Shown here: one piece after another, positions 57,991 to 64,000 of the stretch | Layout: each line of letters opens with the position of its first letter | How positions within the stretch are numbered: position 1 is the first letter of the stretch | DNA from: Dehalococcoidia bacterium | Lineage (GTDB): Bacteria; Chloroflexota; Dehalococcoidia; Bin125 | NCBI GenBank assembly: GCA_963555985.3 | Contig: OY820591.1 | Span: forward strand, 448,001-512,000 | DNA length: 64,000 nucleotides | Direction: 5' to 3' | The notes under the pieces: model-generated | Seen by the model: the letters and a program-made list of their open reading frames with translations, nothing else | Database searches by the model: none | Told to the model about the DNA's origin: nothing | Made by a program: the position numbers and the translations under genes

Positions 57991-58463
57991 CCGACCTCAT
58001 CCGCGGTCACTTCCGCCCTCAGCGTCCTGATCTGAGGAGCTATCCCGCCAACGCGCCGTTCGCCTCCGGCGCTCTCTTGTATGGCAATCGTCTCGAAGGG
58101 ATCGACTGGTTGATCGACACCGGAGCCGATCAAACGATCGTCAGCCCGCAGGACGCCTTCAATTTGCTGGGCTTGGACCGATATGTGGAGATCATGCGAC
58201 AACGCCCGACCCTCACGATATCGGGGATTGGCGCGAGTTCAGCAGTCCAGTTGGACATTCAGATCCATTTGTACGATTTAGAGGGAGGATTTGCGTCGTT
58301 TGATCATACTGCTATCGTCATGAACGTAGCAATCGACGATAGCGGCAACCCGCTTAACTGGTCGATGCCATCGTTGTTAGGGCGAGACATCCAGGAGGAT
58401 TTTCGGCTCACCATTGCTCACCGCCCGCCTGATATCGAACTCCTTCGCCTAGACGATATCTAA
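57987..58463 (+). CDS. Retropepsin-like (clan AA) aspartyl protease
   Basis: WLIDTGADQTIV active site, ISGIGA flap, SLLGRDI. GTGA overlap with the upstream gene. Confidence 0.8.
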   Translation: MTDLIRGHFRPQRPDLRSYPANAPFASGALLYGNRLEGIDWLIDTGADQTIVSPQDAFNLLGLDRYVEIMRQRPTLTISGIGASSAVQLDIQIHLYDLEGGFASFDHTAIVMNVAIDDSGNPLNWSMPSLLGRDIQEDFRLTIAHRPPDIELLRLDDI

Positions 58464-58475
58464 CATCAAACGCTG

Positions 58476-59492
58476 CTACAGTCGAACGCAGCGGAAGCCG
58501 GTGTTGCTGGTGGCGCTGTCGGGGGTGAGCGCCATTCTGGCGGCGGTTCGGTAGCGGAGGCAGTAGCTCTCGTGGCAGAGGAAGCTGCCGCCCTTGAGCA
58601 CTTTGAGGTCGCCGCTGGGCGGTCCGGTCGGATCGGTGAGCGAGTTGGGGTCGTGGAAGATGCCGAACCAGTCGGCGCACCACTCCCAGACGTTGCCGGT
58701 GGTGTTGAAGAGTCCGTAGGCGTTGGGTTCGTAGGCGTCGACGGGGCAGGTGGCGTACCAGCCGTCGGCGTTGGTGTTGTCGGTGGGGAACGCGCCTTGC
58801 CAGACGTTCATGCGGTGTTGGCCGCCGGGGGTGAGTTCGTCGCCCCAGGGGTAGGGCTGGGACTTGAGGCCGCCGCGGGCGGCCCGCTCCCACTGGGCTT
58901 CGGTGGGGAGGGTCTTGCCGGCCCAGTGCGCGTAGGCGACTGCGTCGTTCCAGCTGACGTGGACGACGGGGTGATTGAGGCGGTCGGCGATGTCGCTGCG
59001 GGGGCCTTCGGGGTTGCGCCAGGAAGCGCCTTCGACCTGTCTCCACCAAGGCGCGTCGGCGGCGGCGCGGGTGGGCGGGAAGTCGTCGGGCAGGAGTCCG
59101 GCGAAGACGAATGACCAACCGAGTTGTTCGGATTCGGTGCGGTAGCCGGTGGCGTCGGCGAATTCGGCGAATTCGGCGTTGGAGACGGCGCAGCGGTCGA
59201 TTTCGTAGTCGGTGAGGTGGATTTGGCGGAGAGGGCCTTCGCCGTCGCCGGGGTAGGCGAGGTGGTCGGTGGCGCCCATGGTGAAGGTTCCGGCGGGGAT
59301 TGGGGCCATGCGGTTGTTGGCGGGTGGGACGGACCCTCCTCTGTCCCCCGATCGAGTCGGGGGCAGGCTCCTACGCGACATCTCCCCCTGCGATGCGGGG
59401 GGCGAGGAGGGACTTGCTTCGGGAATCTTCGCCCGCGGTGCGGGGGGAGAGATGGGATCCGTGCTGCGGTTCGGGGCGCAACAGTGGGTCAT
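58476..59492 (-). CDS. Formylglycine-generating enzyme (sulfatase-modifying factor 1)
   Basis: MTHCCAP, FTMG, HPVVHVSWNDA, LPTEAQWERAARGG, GNVWEW, and GGSFLCHESYCLRYR with both catalytic Cys. Confidence 0.92.
   Translation of the reverse strand: MTHCCAPNRSTDPISPPAPRAKIPEASPSSPPASQGEMSRRSLPPTRSGDRGGSVPPANNRMAPIPAGTFTMGATDHLAYPGDGEGPLRQIHLTDYEIDRCAVSNAEFAEFADATGYRTESEQLGWSFVFAGLLPDDFPPTRAAADAPWWRQVEGASWRNPEGPRSDIADRLNHPVVHVSWNDAVAYAHWAGKTLPTEAQWERAARGGLKSQPYPWGDELTPGGQHRMNVWQGAFPTDNTNADGWYATCPVDAYEPNAYGLFNTTGNVWEWCADWFGIFHDPNSLTDPTGPPSGDLKVLKGGSFLCHESYCLRYRTAARMALTPDSATSNTGFRCVRL
59334..59411. repeat. Palindromic element inside the FGE N-terminal linker
   Basis: Outer stem CCCTCCTC/GAGGAGGG encloses hairpins CCCCCGATCGAGTCGGGGG and CCCCCTGCGATGCGGGGG. 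Confidence 0.6.
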
Positions 59493-59656
59493 GCGAGTGG
59501 TCTCTGCGGGTTGCTGCCGGCTATGCGTTTTGGGCGGGTGTTGTCGGTTGTGCCGTCGATGGGGCGGGCCACGTTTTGCGGCGGCTCCGGATCGTGTTCT
59601 CGTGCTCGCTTGAGAACGATGCCAGTTTCCTTGTTGGGCCGGCGCAGCGCGGTTTG

Positions 59657-61411
59657 CTAAGTCGCCTTGGCGGGATCCGCGACCAGCAGCTCGGCCTCGA
59701 CATCGTCGGCGAGGTTCTCGAGCACCGGGGTCTCGCCCAGACAGCCGTCCTCGACTTGCATGTCGAAGGCGTCGGCGAAGTAACGGTAGGACTGGTACTG
59801 GTCGCCGTACTTCATGTGACCGGCGGTGTGATGGGCGGCCGAGAGCAGCAGCGTGTTGCGCAGCTCGGACGTGGTGCGGCGGTAGTCCTCCAACATGCAG
59901 AGGCCGATCTCCTGGTTGTGGGGGTCGTTGCCCTGCTTGGCGATGCCGTCGGCCAGGGTCTCCACCAGCGGCCCGTCGCCGTAGCCCTGCTTGAGGTAGT
60001 GCTCGACCCAGAAGACCGACTGCTCGCTGTCGAGCGCGAGCATGGCGTCGTTGAGTTCGCCCAGCAGCTTGCCCTGCGACATCGGCGGCGCGTCCTCGTC
60101 CATCGAGTAGCCGGCGAAGTAAGTAACGGCGCCGCGGGTCTTGTTGCCCTTGGAGTTGGTCACCCAGTGGGCGCACTGGTTGATGAAGTTGGCCGCGATG
60201 AAGAGCAGCTTGGTCTTGTGCGGGTGGTCGAAGTGCTGGTAGAACCAGCCGAGCATGTTGGTGTACTCGTAGCCGTGCTGGGGCATCGAGAAGTTGGCGG
60301 GCAGACCGCATTCGAGCACCACGCGCGCGGCCGCGATCTGGATCGCGTCGAGGATCGACTTGGGCGAGCGCCCGGCCTTGAGCAGGGCCACGATGTCCTC
60401 GATATAGGACTCCTCCGGCTCGCGGATGATCGCGCGGATCAGACCCTCGGCTTCGGGCGGGGAGAGCGGGAGTTGGTTGCGGAAGAGTTCGACATCGCGG
60501 GTGGAGTCCGCCGTCGCGTTGAGCGAGGAGGCGGGCGGCTCCTCTTCGAGGTGGTACATCATGATCTGGCAGGCGGACTCGTAGAGCGAGTACCAGCGCG
60601 GGCCGACGGCGAGGTCGGGCACGCCGGCGTAGAGCACGTGCTGGGCGTTGTCCCAGCCGATCGCGCGTCCGAGTTGGATCGTGCTGCGCGCGCGGAAGGA
60701 CTTGTGGCCGGTGGTGTAGGAGCGGTTCCAGAACATTCTGTCCTGCACGTCGATCAGGCCGGCGAACATCAACTGAGCCAGGATCTCTTCGCGCCGCTCG
60801 GGGAACTTGTGCCAGAGGCCGAGGAAGAGTGAGTACTCCTCGTTGACGTGTCCGTACTGGACCAGCGTGAGCCAGTCGTTCAGGCCCTCTTCCAGGGAGC
60901 CGTCGTAGTCGGCCGGCTCCTGCTCGTCCCAGTGCGCGGCGGGCGGGGCGGGGCCGTCGGGGTACTTGGCCGGGTCGTAGGTGCGGCGCGAGTAGTGGCC
61001 CGGCATCCGGCCTTTGAGTTGGTTCCAGATGTCGAGGCCGGTGGGCACGTACCAGGCGGTCTGGCTCAAGGGCAGGTGGCGCAGCTCCTCGGAGACCAGG
61101 TTCTGCAAGCCCAGCGTGGCGCGCGAGGAGAGCAGGCAATGGTCGTTGTTGACGAAGCGGACGACGCCGGCGTCGATCCGCTGGTGGTAGGGCACATGCG
61201 TGTAGGGCGCGTGGGCGCGGATCGTCTCGGAGAGGATCTCGGTGGTCGGGCGTCCGTCCCTGATCAGGTCGAAGGCCTGGTGCAGGGCGGAGGCGTTGTC
61301 GCGCTCGACGACGGTCTCGCGGTAGCGGTCGTAAGCGGCGGCGGTTGTGCGATCCATGTAGGCGGGGGACTTGCCGCTGTCGCCGTTGCCGGATGTCTTG
61401 TGCAGACTCAT
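59657..61411 (-). CDS. Hypothetical 584-aa helical protein with four His-containing pseudo-repeats
   Basis: Strong GC-ending codon bias, GGAG RBS before ATG 61411, motifs NNDHC, TTGHK, MPQHG and NDPHN. No family recognised with certainty. Confidence 0.8.
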   Translation of the reverse strand: MSLHKTSGNGDSGKSPAYMDRTTAAAYDRYRETVVERDNASALHQAFDLIRDGRPTTEILSETIRAHAPYTHVPYHQRIDAGVVRFVNNDHCLLSSRATLGLQNLVSEELRHLPLSQTAWYVPTGLDIWNQLKGRMPGHYSRRTYDPAKYPDGPAPPAAHWDEQEPADYDGSLEEGLNDWLTLVQYGHVNEEYSLFLGLWHKFPERREEILAQLMFAGLIDVQDRMFWNRSYTTGHKSFRARSTIQLGRAIGWDNAQHVLYAGVPDLAVGPRWYSLYESACQIMMYHLEEEPPASSLNATADSTRDVELFRNQLPLSPPEAEGLIRAIIREPEESYIEDIVALLKAGRSPKSILDAIQIAAARVVLECGLPANFSMPQHGYEYTNMLGWFYQHFDHPHKTKLLFIAANFINQCAHWVTNSKGNKTRGAVTYFAGYSMDEDAPPMSQGKLLGELNDAMLALDSEQSVFWVEHYLKQGYGDGPLVETLADGIAKQGNDPHNQEIGLCMLEDYRRTTSELRNTLLLSAAHHTAGHMKYGDQYQSYRYFADAFDMQVEDGCLGETPVLENLADDVEAELLVADPAKAT

Positions 61412-61552
61412 GGAGCGCTCCAGGGACGGGATGCAAAATTGCTGACGCCGGTGGGCAGTATAGGGCGGCCTGATGATCAGACTTGGCGGCTGGTCGTGCT
61501 TTGTGGATTGGCACTCGGGAGCGGGGGCATCTGTGCTGGATGCGGCGTTTTC

Positions 61553-61711
61553 ACCCCCTCTGCTTCGGGGCAGCTCCCTCCCCGCCTGCGCGGGGACAGG
61601 CTCTTGAGGGGTAGATTTTGGGGAGGTGGGATGGGGGTTGATAGTGCTCACATCGAGATACCCGCGACGGGGCGCGGGTATGACGGAGTTGTCGAGCGCG
61701 GGTATGACGGA
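61553..61711. repeat. Cluster of REP-like palindromes
   Basis: TCCCCGCCTGCGCGGGGACAGGCTC matches 55060-84 at 24/25. GAGATACCCGCGACGGGGCGCGGGTATGACGGA is similar to the unit at 54425. Confidence 0.7.
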
Positions 61712-61732
61712 AGTGGGTGCGGGAGTGTTTTG

Positions 61733-62659
61733 TTAGCGGACGTTGCGTAGGCGTGGGTCGAAGGCGTCGCGGATGCCGTCTCCGACGAAGTTGAAGGCGA
61801 TCACCATGAGGATGATGGCGGCGGCCGGACCGAGCATCGGCCAGCCGTTACGGCGGATTAGTGTGCGATACGCCTCTGAGACCATGCCTCCCCAGGCTGG
61901 GGTGGGGGGCTGGACGCCGGCGCCGATGAAGCTCAGCCCCGCTTCGACCAGGATGATCCCCGCCGCCGAGAGCGAGGCCAGCACCATGATCGGCGCGACT
62001 GCGTTGGGTAGCAGGTGACGCCACATGATCCGCCACGGCGACGCGCCCAGCGCCCGCGCCGCATCGACATACACGTCGTTTCGGATCGACACCACAATCC
62101 CGCGCGTCAGCCGCGCATATCCGGGCGACCAGACGATCCCGATCACGATCATCGAGTTGGTGATCGATGGCCCGAGCGCACCCGTGACGGCGAGGATCAG
62201 GATCAGGCCGGGCATCGCCATCAGCGCGTCGACGATGCGCATGATGATCAGTTCGTCGAGTTTGCCGCCGATGTAGCCCGAGATCAGGCCGAGCGGGACG
62301 CCGAGCACGATCGCGACCCCGATCGCGGCGAGCACGATCTGCCAGGCGATGCGCGCGCCGTAGAGAGTGCGGCTGAGCACGTCGCGGCCTTGCGCGTCGG
62401 TGCCGAAAATGTGATCCCAGCTGGGCGCTTGGAAGACGGATTCAAGGCGGAGATTGGTGGTGAGGGGGTCGGCTGGTGCGATCAACGGCGCAAAGGCCGC
62501 CACGATGCCGAAGCCGAACAGCAGCAGCCCGCCGATCACGGCGGGTCGATTGCGCACGTAGACGCGGACGATCGGGGCGGCTTCCTGGACCATGCCGAGG
62601 TTTCTGATGCGCTGCCACAGCCCCTGGCGTTCGCCCGTCGTCTCGATGATCGCGGTCAT
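61733..62659 (-). CDS. ABC permease, DppC/OppC type (close paralog of 16612-17538)
   Basis: YVRNRPAV, FGTDAQGRD, EAGLSFIGAGVQ, DPRLRNVR. Confidence 0.92.
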   Translation of the reverse strand: MTAIIETTGERQGLWQRIRNLGMVQEAAPIVRVYVRNRPAVIGGLLLFGFGIVAAFAPLIAPADPLTTNLRLESVFQAPSWDHIFGTDAQGRDVLSRTLYGARIAWQIVLAAIGVAIVLGVPLGLISGYIGGKLDELIIMRIVDALMAMPGLILILAVTGALGPSITNSMIVIGIVWSPGYARLTRGIVVSIRNDVYVDAARALGASPWRIMWRHLLPNAVAPIMVLASLSAAGIILVEAGLSFIGAGVQPPTPAWGGMVSEAYRTLIRRNGWPMLGPAAAIILMVIAFNFVGDGIRDAFDPRLRNVR

Positions 62660-63618
62660 TCGCTCGCCTCCGCTCCCATGCGGATGCGCGGGTCAAGCAG
62701 CGGATAGGAGAGATCGACGAGGAGGTTGACGGCGATCACGGAGACGGCGAAGAACATCGTCACGTTCTGGACGACGGCGTAATCGCGCTCCTGCACGACC
62801 GCCTCAACGAACAGTCGCCCCATCCCGGGGATGGAGAAGACGGTCTCGGTGATCACCGCGCCCGAGAAGATCAAACCGGCCTGAAAGCCGAAGACCGTGA
62901 CGATCGGGATCAGCGCATTGCGCAGTCCGTGGCGGACGATCACGATCCGCTCGCGCAGCCCCTTCGCCCGCGCGGTGCGGATGTAGTCGTCGGTGAGCAC
63001 ATTGATCATCGCCGAGCGGGTCTGGCGCATCAGCAGAGTGGTTGCGGTCAGCGAGACGGCAATCACAGGCAACGCCATATGTTTCATGTTCTCGGCCGGG
63101 TCTTCCCAGAACGGCACATAGCCGAAGATCGGGAACCAGCCGAGTTGCAGTCCGAGCACGATCACCAGCGCGATGCCGGTGAGGAATTCGGGGATCGAGT
63201 TGCCGACAATCATCAGCGTGCTGGCGCTGACCTCCTTCTTCGAGCCCGGGCGCAAGGCGGAGAGCACGCCCACCGGGATCGCGACCGCGATCACGACGAT
63301 CAGGCTGAGAATGCCTAACTGCATGGTCGCCGGGACGCGGCGCTCGAAGTACTGGTTGATCGAGACCTCGCCGATCAGCGAGGTGCCCAGATCGCCCTGG
63401 AGCGCGTTCCAGATCCAGCGTCCGTAGCGCTCGACCAGCGGCTTGTCGAGGCCGAGGCGGCGCTTGGTCGCTTCAATCAGCTCGGGCGTCGCTTCAACGC
63501 CGAGGATGCCCGCAGCCGGATCGCCCGGGAGGACGTTCATCAGCGCGAAGACGAGCACGCTGATCACCCAGAGGATGAAGAGCGAGGAGATCAGCCGCGT
63601 GGTGACGTAGCGCAGCAT
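62656..63618 (-). CDS. ABC permease, DppB/OppB type (close paralog of 15659-16615)
   Basis: PGDPA, ALRPGSK.EV, YIRTARAKGL. Confidence 0.92.
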   Translation of the reverse strand: MLRYVTTRLISSLFILWVISVLVFALMNVLPGDPAAGILGVEATPELIEATKRRLGLDKPLVERYGRWIWNALQGDLGTSLIGEVSINQYFERRVPATMQLGILSLIVVIAVAIPVGVLSALRPGSKKEVSASTLMIVGNSIPEFLTGIALVIVLGLQLGWFPIFGYVPFWEDPAENMKHMALPVIAVSLTATTLLMRQTRSAMINVLTDDYIRTARAKGLRERIVIVRHGLRNALIPIVTVFGFQAGLIFSGAVITETVFSIPGMGRLFVEAVVQERDYAVVQNVTMFFAVSVIAVNLLVDLSYPLLDPRIRMGAEASE

Positions 63619-63639
63619 CGCAGGTCAGGACCTCAATTC

Positions 63640-63664
63640 AGACCTCCCCCAGAGGGGGAGGTCT
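63640..63664. other. Perfect hairpin between SBP and permease genes (mRNA stabiliser or attenuator)
   Basis: AGACCTCCCCC-AGA-GGGGGAGGTCT. Confidence 0.5.
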
Positions 63665-63690
63665 TGGTCAGGCCAGGCGCGCGCCCCCAA

Positions 63691-64000
63691 TCAGACGTTG
63701 TTGAACCAGATGCCCTTGTAGCTCATGCCCTTGGGGAAGCCGAAGAAGGGGATGATCTCGAAGCCCTCGACGTGCGGTTGGGCGACCCAGTTGGCCGGCC
63801 ACTGCGCGATGTAGGCGGAGAACATGTGCTCCTCTTCGGCCTCGAAGACCTTGGCATAGAGCGGGACGCGAGCGTCCTGACTGGCGGGGATGGCCGCGGC
63901 ATGGACCAACTGCTCGGTGGCGTTGATGTTGGCCAGCACCTGATCGTTGGGGTAATCCGCCGTGCTCGCGCGACCGGTGCGCGGGCCGCCTTCCGGCGAG
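63691..64000 (-). CDS. C-terminus of an ABC family-5 substrate-binding protein (partial)
   Basis: ARVPLYAKV...QPHVEGF...YKGIWF C-terminal pattern, located directly upstream of the permease pair. Confidence 0.7.
   Translation of the reverse strand, partial: SPEGGPRTGRASTADYPNDQVLANINATEQLVHAAAIPASQDARVPLYAKVFEAEEEHMFSAYIAQWPANWVAQPHVEGFEIIPFFGFPKGMSYKGIWFNNV

Noticed and set aside
58476-61514. 1012-aa ORF as a giant FGE fusion
   Set aside because: Only 58476-59492 resembles FGE. The upstream part is an off-frame overlap of the 59657-61411 gene.

Overview
GC-rich bacterial window with no rRNA, tRNA, CRISPR array, transposase or phage gene that I can recognise. Gene content is consistent with a sponge-associated Chloroflexota (Dehalococcoidia/SAR202-like) genome; this is inference from the paralog expansions and eukaryote-like surface proteins. 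The window is mostly an uptake and catabolism region. It holds six family-5 (Dpp/Opp/Nik-type) ABC substrate-binding proteins; the five complete ones share a Tat-lipoprotein signal and a Gln-rich linker. It also has five permease pairs but no ABC ATPase, four mandelate-racemase-family enolases plus a remnant of a fifth, two family-III CoA transferases, two arylsulfatases with a formylglycine-generating enzyme, an amidase, an amidohydrolase, a MaoC dehydratase, a nitroreductase and an MDR oxidoreductase. Other genes: an Mre11/Rad50-like (YhaO/YhaN-type) pair, MgtE, an LRR lipoprotein, a three-gene cluster of secreted proteins (two with fibronectin-III repeats), several small toxin-antitoxin-like modules and a 584-aa unknown protein. 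The intergenic DNA is the most unusual part. Three dispersed elements each combine a promoter, a helically phased 10-bp repeat array and an IS5-like end, and two of them have a LexA-like GTAC-N4-GTAC box on the promoter. A second family of palindromic MITE/REP-like elements has entered at least one gene in frame, probably two. All calls were made by eye, with no database searches.
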